From the NCBI RefSeq assembly GCF_006345805.1, contig NC_043008.1:30690001-30754000 (forward strand): a stretch of 64,000 bases of DNA. Reading direction: 5' to 3'. Position numbers and translations under genes: made by a program. The notes below the pieces were generated by a model. The model was not told the DNA's origin. It searched no databases and worked only from the letters and a program-made list of their open reading frames with translations. Below, one piece after another: positions 12,031 to 24,317 of the stretch (the first letter of the stretch is position 1; every line of letters begins with the position of its first letter). The DNA is from Octopus sinensis. Its lineage: Eukaryota.

Positions 12031-12206
12031 ATTCTTGAACGCAAGATGGTTGTGAGGACAACTTAGAAAATTAGATGAATACCCTTATGAGTCGGGAAAA
12101 ACGTGGCATCCTCATTAGAGGCTTGCTGGCCACATTTTACCGCCTCATAATTCTATTCACTAGATGTTCTAAATTGTCTTCACAGCCATCCTGTGTTCGA
12201 GAGTTC
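12031..12206. mobile_element. Old imperfect fold-back (MITE-like), about 75-bp arms
   Basis: cttgaacgcaagatggttgtgaggacaacttagaa.../...ttctaaattgtcttcacagccatcctgtgttcgag, plus an inner pair ttatgagtcgggaaaaacgtggc / gccacattttaccgcctcataa. Confidence 0.6.
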
Positions 12207-12223
12207 TCTTTATTTTCTGTAGA

Positions 12224-12254
<31 letters not shown>

Positions 12255-12262
12255 ATTATATA

Positions 12263-13120
12263 CAAGTGGTCTGGATACAAGTATCCGGGCTGTTGCCATA
12301 GTAACGAAGCTAAAGCATGCTGACTGTAGCCGCTTGACACAGATTGACTTTCATACTACATTTTAACGCTCTCGCTCACTTCTGCTATTTACAGCTGTGC
12401 TTGGATGGAAGGTGTGCAGCGTGTGGTCGTCGCATTGACCACGACAGTGAAAGTTGAGCAGAAAATCTTCATTAATTTTTTTTCCAAAAGCTTCACCGTA
12501 CCTGCTTAGAGGCCTGTGCAAAGTTTTCAAAGCTTTTCATCGTTCTCGACACAATAAAGGAGATCTTGTGCAACTGAAACACGAGTGTCTTTTTGGTCAG
12601 CTGAAAGCAGCTTTGGTAGAAACTTGGCAGACACGCGTCTCATACCCAAATATTCATTGATAATAGATGGAACTGAATCGTAACTAATCTGCACATCCTC
12701 TGATAACTCACGGATGGTGATTCGACGATTTTCCCTCACAGCTGCACGTACATATTTTTCTTAGTTCTGCTTGTTGCGGGTCTTCCAGAACGTTCGTCAA
12801 TATCGACGCGTTTCGGCCATCTTGGAAACGCCTGAACCACTCGTGAGCGTCTCATACACTCCTCTCCATACACTTTCTGCAATTTCGGGTAGGCCTCAGA
12901 GAAGGTATCACCTTTCTCTGTCATGGTCAATGCGACGATTACATAATTTACGCAGTAATTTCAAGCACTGCTGTAAACAGCGAAGGCGTGCTAGGACGTT
13001 AAAACTTAGTGCACATGCACAACAGAGTTGAAAGTCAGCCTGTACCAATCAGCTTGACTCTGCGTGCATTAGTTTTGTTAATAAGGCAACGGTCCGCATA
13101 CTTATTGATCAGATCTCGCA
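12263..13120. mobile_element. Mariner-derived element made of two convergent 5' ends; transposase relic on minus strand
   Basis: Minus ORF fragments EAYPKLQKVYGEEC...DERSGRPATS and RRITIRELSEDVQISYDSV...LGMRRVSAKFLPKLLSADQKDTRV (mariner HTH and WVPxxL-equivalent). The left end (caagtggtctggatacaagtatccgggctgttgcc) is homologous to the reverse complement of the right end (cgagatctgatcaataagtatgcggaccgttgcc). TA at both ends. Confidence 0.85.
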
Positions 13121-13417
13121 TACACTTCCAATTATTTTATCGATTCTGTTGGTAAGTATATATCAAATTGTAATGCTTTAAAAGTAGTATTACTGCGCTC
13201 CTGCTTGTTGCATGCATTGTTGATGCCTGTTTATATATTTGAGTGTACTTCTGCATATATATAGATAAGCATAAGTGTTTTCTATACACATATGTATATA
13301 CATATATGTGTATATGTGTGTCTGTGTGCTTGTGTGTTTATGTATATACACATACACACATATATTCATACATATACAAGCATATATACATTTATCTTTC
13401 TGTGTGTGTCTCTGTCC

Positions 13418-13474
<57 letters not shown>

Positions 13475-13664
13475 CGTGCGTATGAGCGTGCGGGTGTGTG
13501 TGAAGATAGATTCAGATACAAATATAAATACATATGTATAAGTACATATATATGTGTGTGAGTTTGTGCGTGTGTGTGTCTGTGTATGCATCTATATATA
13601 CACACATTTATACATATATATACATACACATACATACTTACAGGTGCATGTGTGTGTGCGTGTG

Positions 13665-13711
<47 letters not shown>

Positions 13712-13794
13712 CATATAATATAGATATAAATATATATATAATATATATATATAATATATAATATATATAATATAATATAATATATATATATATA

Positions 13795-13844
<50 letters not shown>

Positions 13845-14794
13845 AGAACCACTAATTCAATGCTCGAAAGCATACTAATTCAGTTAATCACTGGGCAATG
13901 GCAGTTGTACGATACCGTTCGACTATCAAAATATTATACAAAACCGATACGAGATATATTAAACAGATCTACTGGGAATATTACGTTATAGCCAAGCATC
14001 ATTTATCTACTCATCGACTATCTAACATCAATCTAGTGAGGAAATGGTCGGACAAATGTTTAGGAATGTGTAACGAGTATACGCAAAAATCTATATATCT
14101 TACAGCTACTGTAGGGCTATTACTCATATGTGTAGCATCTGCTTCCAGCTTAGGAAGGAATAACATTGAATATAATAAAGGAGAATATAAAGCACAATTA
14201 GAATTAGAGATAAACCAAAACATGCCAATTCATGTGCCGTTTGAGAGTGACATGAAGGCGCATGAGATAAGTTTAAAGAGAAACAAAGGGGGAGAACGAG
14301 GGAATGAGAGAGAGAGAGAAAGTCACCTAGTATCTGCTTATGATCAATTACTCAATACTAACAGTATGAAGAAAGCCGTCTACAATCTAGGAGAATACAT
14401 GGCCCACTCTGTTCATTTGCTGCAAAACGATACTTAAATAACTTGAACATCATCTTCATATAGTCATGAAAGAATTTAAAGTGTTTCTAAAGTAGTGTCT
14501 CCACGTGCTTCAAACGATACTGTAAAATGTTCTAGTAAAGAAGTACACTGTATTTTAATATTTAAATAAACAGTGTGATAGAGTAGGCTAGACCTAATAT
14601 GGCAATTGTTGATTAAAACAAGCAAACAAATTATTAATAATCAAAATTAACATATCTAGTGAACGAAGTGTTACATATGAGTCAACGATTGTGTCTTAAC
14701 GTGGTCGATAAATCTCGTTCAAACATCTATCTGCTGTCGTAAAATGAGGAGAAATATCTATAAGAGCTAATAGTGTACTGAATATACAGGGCTA

Positions 14795-15180
14795 TAAGCG
14801 CACCCGTAGATGTGCGGTAAGTTGCTTGCTTCCTAATCACATGGTCTCTATCCAGAGTAACTGCATGGGACCTTGGGCTAGTATCTGCTACTATAGCCAC
14901 GGAACAAGGATATATGTGCATGTGTGTATGTGTGTGTGTGTGTGTGTATTTGTGTGTATGTGTCTGTGTTTGCCCCCCCCCCTTCCATCGCTTGACAACT
15001 GATGTTGGTGTGTTAACCTTCGCGTAACATTAGCGGCTCGGCAAAAGACACCGACAGAATAAATACTAAGCTTATAAAGAATAAGTTCTAGGGTCGATTT
15101 GTTCGACTAAAGGCGATGCTCCAGCATGGCCGCAGTCAAATTACTGAAACAAGTAAAAGAATAAAAGAATAAAAGAATAT
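14795..15180 (+). mobile_element. tRNA-derived SINE with internal (TG)n tract
   Basis: Degenerate head tgtgcggtaagttgcttgcttcctaatcacatgg, then ccatcgcttgacaactgatgttggtgtg and the tail gtcgatttgttcgactaaaggcgatgctccagcatggccgcagtcaaattactgaaacaagtaaaagaataaaagaat. The same modules occur at 15890-16130, 46940-47390, 50030-50335 (minus) and 62150-62320 (minus). Confidence 0.75.
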
Positions 15181-15245
15181 ATATATATATATATATATTT
15201 ATATAAATATATATATACACACATACAGTTATACATACACATATA

Positions 15246-15294
<49 letters not shown>

Positions 15295-15334
15295 AATATA
15301 TATATACACACATACAGTTATACATACACATATA

Positions 15335-15407
<73 letters not shown>

Positions 15408-15408
<1 letters not shown>

Positions 15409-15525
15409 ATTTAGGAATGGTCATTTTGCCAGTTTAGCCAATAAAAGCACACGCACTATATAGTTGGTGTTACTTTACTTCAGCGTTATTTATTTTTTAC
15501 ATTAATCTTAATCTTATTTCGGCCA
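15408..15525. mobile_element. Solo terminal fragment of fold-back family H2
   Basis: ggaatggtcattttgccagtttagccaataaaagcacacgcactata...cttatttcggcc matches 9772-9882. It abuts a long (TA)n and ends where the hammerhead-like motif would begin. Confidence 0.85.
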
Positions 15526-15889
15526 TACACACATACAGACACATACACACACGTACACAATGTACTCAGAAGAGGTAAAATGAAGAGGGAGAAAAACAAC
15601 GCTAAATATTTACATCTTTGTACATTTCCCCACCTTTCTTGCCCAGAAACAGCTATATTGTGCTGTTCCCGCGCTGTAGGAGTTTAACATATTTGGAGAA
15701 CGAAGAGATTCGTTTAGCGAGTTGCTTGCAAATTTTTCTCTTGGGAAAACTGAATACTACGAAATTGTCCCAAGGTGAACCAGTGTTATGTAAAACACTA
15801 AATGGAAATAACCATGGTTGTATCTATGTCAAAGTAAACTTATGATTCCTGTGAGAATGCTTGGAACAAAGGCTGCCTTGTAAATATCT

Positions 15890-16130
15890 CTGTACGTGTG
15901 TGTGTGGACACGTCTTTGTGTTTGATTTTTCAACCCAAAATCACTTGACAACCAGTGTTGGATTGTTTACGTCCCGGTAACTTAGCGGTTCAGCCAGTGA
16001 GACCGGTGGAACGATTACCCAGGCTTATAAAACAGGTCCTGCAGACGATTTATTTGACATAAACCCTTCAAGGTGGTGCCCCTCTATGACCACAAGCCTA
16101 TAATTAAAACAAATAAAAGATAAAGATAAA
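15890..16130 (+). mobile_element. 3' portion of the (TG)n-containing SINE family
   Basis: cacttgacaaccagtgttggattgtttacgtcccggtaacttagcggttc...aaataaaagataaagataaaa. Confidence 0.6.
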
Positions 16131-16228
16131 AATATATATAATTTTACATGTATATGCGTGTGCGTATGTGTGTGCATATATATATGTGTATAAGTATGTA
16201 TACATACACATATATATAAATTTAAATT

Positions 16229-16584
16229 TAAAATGAGGGTGAGAAATTGGATATTAATTTAATTAACATCAATTTAACACCAGTGGTCTAGCATATTAAA
16301 ATCTGAAAGTTCAGTAAATTGTATTATGTATTTATGAGAAGGGTTACCACTATGTGGACAACCCTTATGCTTGAAGTAAATCCGCTATGGTCTTACCACT
16401 AAGGAATGTTCTCGAGAATTTTTTAGCAAACACCAGAAATAAGCCAGCAAGACAAATAAAAAGTAACGCTTACGTTCTGGTGTTTGCTAAATTTTTCTTG
16501 AGAACATTCCTTAGTACCACTAAGACCATAGCGGATCTATTTCTCGCATAAAAGTTGTCCACATAGTGGTCATCCCTCTCACAT
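16229..16584. mobile_element. Fold-back element, family F, copy 1
   Basis: Starts aatgagggtgagaaattgg next to TA-rich sequence. Inverted arms about 16334-16445 / 16468-16584 (roughly 80-85% identity by eye) with a ~22-nt loop; ends in a long (TA)n. Homologous to 22009-22368 and 57243-57458. Confidence 0.8.
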
Positions 16585-16595
16585 GTATATAATAC

Positions 16596-16684
<89 letters not shown>

Positions 16685-17997
16685 GTAGATATATATATAT
16701 ACGTAGACATATATAAGTATATATAGTATTATTCAATTGGGTTAATAGAAAATATTTGGAATTTAGTCATTGATGAAAGGTTGGATGTAAAAATCCAATT
16801 ACAGCATTAAAAACCATGATGTTTATGTTGAGAGTAATATTATGGAGAGTGCAGGAGAGGACGGTAATGGTGGATAAGAAAGAGAGTAGAGCAAATCTAG
16901 TTCTTAAAATATGCATAAAAGTACATATATTAACTCTTATATAGCCACGAGTTTATGAAGGTTGGGTGGAGGAGGAAAAATGGATTAAAATTGCTCAATC
17001 CGGTTTTAAAACTATGTAAGAAACCACATGTATTTAGCAGCTAATATATTGTAAACATTCTTATATAGGCACGAGGCGAGGAAAGCTGGATGAGAAGAAG
17101 GAGTAATTGATTAAAACAGCTCCAGTACATGACTGGTGTTCAAAGTATGAATGTTAGAGGGATTCAAACATGGAGTAGCGAGACCCATTGCTCACTTCGA
17201 CGCTTTAACTATTCTACTGAGCCACCTATGTATAATATATTAAGTACACTTTATATGTATATTTAATCAATTATATTTAATATAATATCTAAATACAAAA
17301 TATATTTTTAGCATATATGTATATTTACGGCGTTTCTTTTTGTTTATTTAAATATTTGTTCGGTTTGTAACAGAAAAAAATCAAATGATAATAAATACAT
17401 CACACATTGTTATAAAAATACATTTTATAAACATTACTTGAAGTTTATATAAAATGTACATGAAAAAGTATTCATAAAAAGTATATAAAACTTGAATATA
17501 ATGTGCAGGCTTTTTATCTTTTGTTTCAGTATATTAATGTATATTCTGTGATTCTTTGTGTTAATGAGCTGTTGAATGTATTCTGTGTTATTTTGTGACT
17601 GTTTTGCAATACTGTGTTGTTCTGTACTGTTTTGTTCTATTTGTTCATTCTTTTACTCTTGGTTTCACCAAAGATGGCATACCAGTTTGTTTTAGTTACA
17701 TTCTATACTTTCCATCATACGTCGATATTTTGTCGCAGCTACCTAATGATGTTCAATGTGTCCTTTATTCAACACGGGAGGGTATGATATGATGCAGGGT
17801 TAGTGACTGTGTAGAGGCAAACTCATTTACTTACTGCTTGGTTAACGAGTCTAGGTTATACCACATCATGTAAGATGATTTAAACGGATTAATAGAAAGT
17901 AGTAATCCATAAATTCTTCGACGTTTTCAAAGCAATCGATGGTAAATTTCTTCCGCACTTTTCAAAACACAATCCGTTACTTTTCAATGGAAATTCT

Positions 17998-18029
17998 AAC
18001 AGTAGATTCCTTATAAGGAATCTACTGTT
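17998..18029. repeat. Perfect 32-bp palindrome
   Basis: aacagtagattcctta|taaggaatctactgtt. Confidence 0.97.
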
Positions 18030-18818
18030 GTAAAATACAGAACAAACACATACACACACACACACACACAAACTTATGTATTTATGTATGTAAGGGTCTA
18101 TGTGTGTATGCACTTATGCATTTGTATATGGATGTAGGGATGAATAATTACATGCTTGAGCCTCTGTATTCGTTATACGGTTTTCGTTTGCTGAATTCCG
18201 CTTTTGGACAAAGCCATAATGAGTGGCCACCTTCAAAAGGTTTAGTTCGCTTCAGGCTGCTGTTTATATTAACAACCACTAATTGTCCAACTGTTAAATA
18301 CAGAATCATAGAGGAACTGCCGATAAAACAACGACATAGGTGTTTGGACACATGCATACAAGACACACACAGATACATATATATATGTGTGTGTGTGTGC
18401 GTGTGTGTGCGTGTGTATGTGTACACACACACAATTTATTAACACCTACGTTGAGTCCATTTTAGTTTTAGTTTTCTGGGATGTATTCTGCAAAATACCT
18501 ATTGCCCGTTCACTCTACTCTCTCATCTCTCTCCCTCGCATTTACACCAGGTCTTCTAGGTTCATTTTCCGGTTAGTAGTTACAATTTTCTACATACTAC
18601 CATCTTTTCACGTTTTCTGCGTTCTCTCATGTCCCACGCCATATCTAAAGTTCTTAGTTCAGCACGAAGAGTGGTCTGCGTTGAAGAACATTATTAGATT
18701 TTCAGACACATGAAACTATTAGTAGCGCCTGAAGACATGTAATTTGACCCTTAAACAACATTATTTGACTCTCACCAGTTAGAGTACCCTCTTTGTTGAA
18801 CTATACCACGGATAAATG

Positions 18819-18942
<124 letters not shown>

Positions 18943-19340
18943 TATGCACACACTCATACGCCCAAAAAAACACACAGGGCTGCAAAACTTGTTTTTGAAA
19001 TTTGTACACAGGGCAGGTATACTACTCGAAACCGCATAGCAATAAGTCATCTTTTATGTAAGATAGTCAGAAGAAATTAGAATTAATGCACTGCTCATAA
19101 CTTTTGCAAGCATTTTTATACCTTACACGAGAACTCTTCTATAATGTGCTTTTCTCTGAGATGTCTACGAATTGTTTTATTGTTAGATAGACAACCTGAC
19201 GGATGAACGTATCTATAGTGAAACTATGACTACGATTATCTGGATAGCTCAAGAGGTGAAGAAATATGTTGCACGAGATGAGGTGTTCGTAGTTGAAGGG
19301 TTCTGCATGTTGTAAAGTCTAAAGTAATATTCGATAAATT

Positions 19341-19574
19341 TAAGGTGGTGAGCTGGCAGAAACGTTAGCACGCCGGGCGAAATGCTTCGCGGTATTTCGT
19401 CTGCCGTTTCGTTGTGAGTTCAAATTCCCTCGAGGTCGACTTTGCGTTTCATATTTTCAGGGTCGATAAATTAAGTACCAGTTACGCACTGTGGCCGATC
19501 TAATCGACTTAAATCCTTTGTCTGTCCTTGTTTGTCCTCTCTATCTTTAGCCCCTTGTGGGCAATAAAGAAATA
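19341..19574 (+). mobile_element. tRNA-derived SINE, tail A, with 15-bp TSD
   Basis: Head ggtggtgagctggcagaaacgttagcacgccgggcg and tail agccccttgtgggcaataaagaaat. TSD aatattcgataaatt at 19326-19340 and 19575-19589. Confidence 0.92.
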
Positions 19575-20868
19575 AATATTCGATAAATTCACCAGATGTA
19601 CTCAATCGAAAAATATGTTAAAACTATTAATATTGTATCGTTTTGTATCTTTATATACAATGCGCATGTGTATGTGTGTGAATATGTGTACATGATTTTG
19701 CAAGTGTGCGTGACTGTCTATGTCTGTGTATGTGTACGCTCCAATGCAGGGGGTTTATGTTAAAAATGACATTCCCAGATAAAAGGATTTAGTTTTGGCG
19801 GTAAAGTGAAATTTATAGCATACAGGCTCTGACTGTAACTACAGTTTCGCCTCTCGCTGCTTATTCAAGCCCCATTAGATAAAACTTACAGCCATAAGCA
19901 AACCGCATGCGTGCGTGCATGTATTATTGGTTGCAGAATTCCGCCACGTTTTTCAGTTTACTTGCTTACTTTAAATTCATTGTATAAGTACGAAATATTG
20001 GTTCAATCATCGCAGTATGTGTATAATTCGGTATCTGAGAAAATAATCAATAGGGCTATTTTATCAGTCAACTATCATTGTTTCCTCTCGGGTCAGCCTT
20101 CATAGAATAGATCCATTTTCGAAAACATTTAAACTTTGATCATATAGGTCCATTTTTTTTTTGTCTATGGAAGATGGGACTCTATTACTTAAGATGTTCT
20201 TACTTTGATTACGACTTAACCTTAAGAATTGAGGGACTTTGGCTGTTATTTCTAGCAGAGTGGGTGACTATACTGAGGCTTCCTCGGCTTTTAATGACCT
20301 GTTGTTGGTACTCTGCAGTGTTTAGTTTCATTTTTTAGATACTTTGGCAAAAATCGTATCGGTGCCAACTTTGCATCAAACTTTATGGAGATTTGGTTAC
20401 TAATTTTAACAGATCGAGCACAAATGCACACGTCTCTCGAGATTTGCTTTTGAACGTCGATAGAATATAATTTCTTTCTATGTAATCAGAAATATTGAAA
20501 GAAACATTACTTTGCATGATTTTTCTCTATATGAATAGAAACTGGAAAAATTTCCCATCTCAGCTGTGTAGCAGTAACTTATTCCTACTGTTTTGCCGAT
20601 TCTCCCCTCTTAAATTTTACTTTTTCACACATAATACACATCTCACAATAATTACGCTTCTTCCCACACTGCCACACAATTCACCCCACTACCAACACGC
20701 ACAAACATATACACACACACATACGCATCTCTAAACTCTTCACACTACCTCCCATAATATTCAAACCACCTCCAACAATAAACCCACCATCTCATACATT
20801 TCTCACACCAACACATACTAATATACCGTCCTCCTATTTTCTTCTTTCTTCCTTTCTCTCTCCATGTA

Positions 20869-20899
<31 letters not shown>

Positions 20900-21521
20900 T
20901 TTTCACACTCTTTCACTCTCTCTCCATTTCCTTCCCTCTTTTTCTACCTTTCTCTTTCCTTCTCTTCGTGAAGAAGTGTAAACATCCGAAAAGTTAGATT
21001 TTTCTTTTCTCACGGCATAAATCATATTCTATGGTTTGAGTTATTTGTATTTATTTAAATATCTGCTGCTTCTCTCAATCAAAAGGAAACTTGATGCAAC
21101 ATTACACCCTTATATCTCTATTACGTAAGCCAATGGTTTAGGCTAAATTCCTTTCATGAAACAGCATCCTTATCAAAAAGTTGAGCTTTTGAAATGTTAG
21201 TGGATAAAGACTACCAATCCCTTGCCAGAGAAGATGCAAGTACCTCTTCCTAAATGTATCTCAACTTTTAATACTTCTTCTCTTAGAAAGTTGGTGATTA
21301 ATAGCAATGCAGAATAAAGTGATCTGTTTCGAATACTAGAAATCACTGGAAGGGGAATTTAGCTCTCAACTTCGAAGCTGCTCGTCCAACACTTTATCCA
21401 TTTAATCATTTCAGCTCTAGCGCACCAAGACTAACACATGATTATCATCCTCTCTTCCCTTTCTTCTCTTGACTGTATTTTATTTCACTTTCTTTATTTC
21501 GCCCTGACTTTCTCTGTCACT

Positions 21522-21570
<49 letters not shown>

Positions 21571-21718
21571 ACTCGATATATATGTATACATAAAAACACA
21601 CACACACATATGCGTGTGTGTCTATATACGGCACTTTCACTCTTCTTTTTTCTACCTTTATCCTTTTATCTATCTATTTATCTCTTTATTTCTTCATATG
21701 TGTGTGGGTATAGATTGG

Positions 21719-21799
<81 letters not shown>
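21719..21799. repeat. (GATA)n microsatellite
   Basis: Directly visible. Confidence 0.98.
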
Positions 21800-21914
21800 C
21801 GATGGAGAGATAGAAAATTAGTGACAATACCGACACACATATTGATATATATACAAATATACATATGGTGTAATATATATGTAGGCATATATATGTATAC
21901 ATATATGTGCGTTG

Positions 21915-21979
<65 letters not shown>

Positions 21980-22008
21980 GTATGTATGTATGTATGTTTG
22001 TGTATATT

Positions 22009-22368
22009 TAAATAATAAGGGTAAAAATTGAATGTTAATTTGATTAATATCAATTTAAACCTGTGGCCTACCATATTGAAAAAATCTGAAGATTCAGAAC
22101 AATTATATTACATACATATAAGTGGGATGACCACTAAGTGACATCCAATAGGCTAGATGTAGACCCTATATGGTTTGATCGCTAAGAAAAGATTGTTCTC
22201 AAGAAAAATTCAACAAACACCAGAACATGAGCGAGCAAGACAAATGAAAAGATACAAAATGTAATGATTAGTCATATACCAGGTTTCATTGTTCCTTAGA
22301 GGTTAGACCATATGAGGTCTACATCTTGCATATTGGATGTCCACTTAGTGGTCATACCTCTTATATGT
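22009..22368. mobile_element. Fold-back element, family F, copy 2
   Basis: Same left end as 16229. Inverted arms about 22113-22186 / 22295-22368 (gggatgaccactaagtg...ctaag / cttag...cacttagtggtcatacc) with a ~108-nt spacer. (TA)n on both sides. Confidence 0.8.
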
Positions 22369-22371
22369 ACG

Positions 22372-22409
<38 letters not shown>

Positions 22410-22481
22410 ATATATATATGTGTGTGTGTAGATAGCTAGATTAGTGACAAGGCCAACACACATATATGTAGAAAAGAACGT

Positions 22482-22515
<34 letters not shown>

Positions 22516-22861
22516 CAACGCTCTTTTCTACATTTCCCTTTCCATTTCATCTGGATTTATGAAACTTTAGCACTTTCGACAGAGAATTTAGAAGTTAAGC
22601 GCAACACATATTAGTAATAGCCAACCAAAAAGCTGAAACTTTATCACCTTAGTCTTTCACTCGTCTCCAGTCTTGAAAACTATCACAAACGTATCAGAGA
22701 TATGAAATATATTCAGGTGTTATTTGTAAGATCGATATATTTATAATTCATATATTATTTATATTTACTTTCCCGAAAGAAAAAATACAATCGTATACAA
22801 ACATAACACTGACAAATATAATACACATAAAGGCACACTCACTCATAACACAGGGCAAAAC

Positions 22862-22897
<36 letters not shown>

Positions 22898-23096
22898 ACA
22901 TATATATGTATGTATGTATGTATGTATATGTGTGTGTGTGTGTGTAAATATGTATATACGTATAGACAATTACACATAAATAAACAGACTGAAAACAACG
23001 AGATGTGAAGTTTTTATCCTTTATTTTGCGTATTCAAAGAACTGCTTGCAACTTTAAGTCATAAAGACAAATGACATTTTTTGCTCTTGTGAACAG

Positions 23097-23113
23097 TGTT
23101 GTTGTTGTTGTTG

Positions 23114-23148
<35 letters not shown>

Positions 23149-23217
23149 ATTATTATTATTATTATTATTACTATTATTATTATTATTGTTATTATTATTA
23201 TTATTATAATTGTTATT
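23097..23217. repeat. (GTT)n/(ATT)n microsatellite
   Basis: Directly visible. Confidence 0.97.
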
Positions 23218-23258
23218 GGAACAAAACTCTCTTCAAACACGCATAAACACTGTTACAT

Positions 23259-23291
<33 letters not shown>

Positions 23292-23369
23292 TTACACACA
23301 CATATATATGTATGTATGTATATGTATATATATAGAGAGAGAGTGAGAGGCAGACAGACATATATATAT

Positions 23370-23421
<52 letters not shown>

Positions 23422-23933
23422 ATATATACATATACATACATACTTACACACTTAATATATATTGATGTATGCATATATATGTGTATATATGTATATATTA
23501 ATGTTTATATATATATATGTGTGTGCGTGCGTGTGTGTGTGTGTGGCTTAGGCAAAATAATTCGTATTTCATTATCTTTTCAGTTTTTGAGTCGTCTGCT
23601 GATAATGCAAATGATATTCAAATTCCTGGTACAGTTTGCATTTATTTATTTCTTTTATGTATTTCATAGTGCAATCATTATTATTTTTAAATATATATTT
23701 TTTTAAATAATACTTTGTTATCGACTAGTATTTCACACATATACCAATATTTCTATTCGCCATAATAAAATCGATATGAAGCTATATATATATGTTTATA
23801 ATGTAAGATAAATATAATAGAAATACTTACGAAATCAGTTATCCGACGGCACAGATATTCTGGATTATATTTATATCATAATACTCTTTACGTTATTCTT
23901 ATTATGTATATATGTATTTTCATATATATATAT

Positions 23934-23977
<44 letters not shown>

Positions 23978-24078
23978 CGATGTGTGTATGTGTGTGTTTG
24001 TTCTAGACAAAATAAATCGTATTTGATTGCTTTTTTATAACTAAATCATACACACATACATGTACATATATTAATATG

Positions 24079-24133
<55 letters not shown>

Positions 24134-24263
24134 GTATGCATTTGTATGTGCGGGTGTGGTGTGTATATATATATGTATATATACATATGTATATATACAA
24201 CATGTATGCACACATTGTCACGTATGTATATTATGTATATATATTTATATGTAACTATGTATA

Positions 24264-24317
<54 letters not shown>

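Noticed and set aside
13898-14437. 179-aa ORF with a hydrophobic stretch (LTATVGLLLICVASASS)
   Set aside because: No recognisable domain, it includes a (GA)n-derived segment, and there is no splice or homology support; likely a chance ORF.
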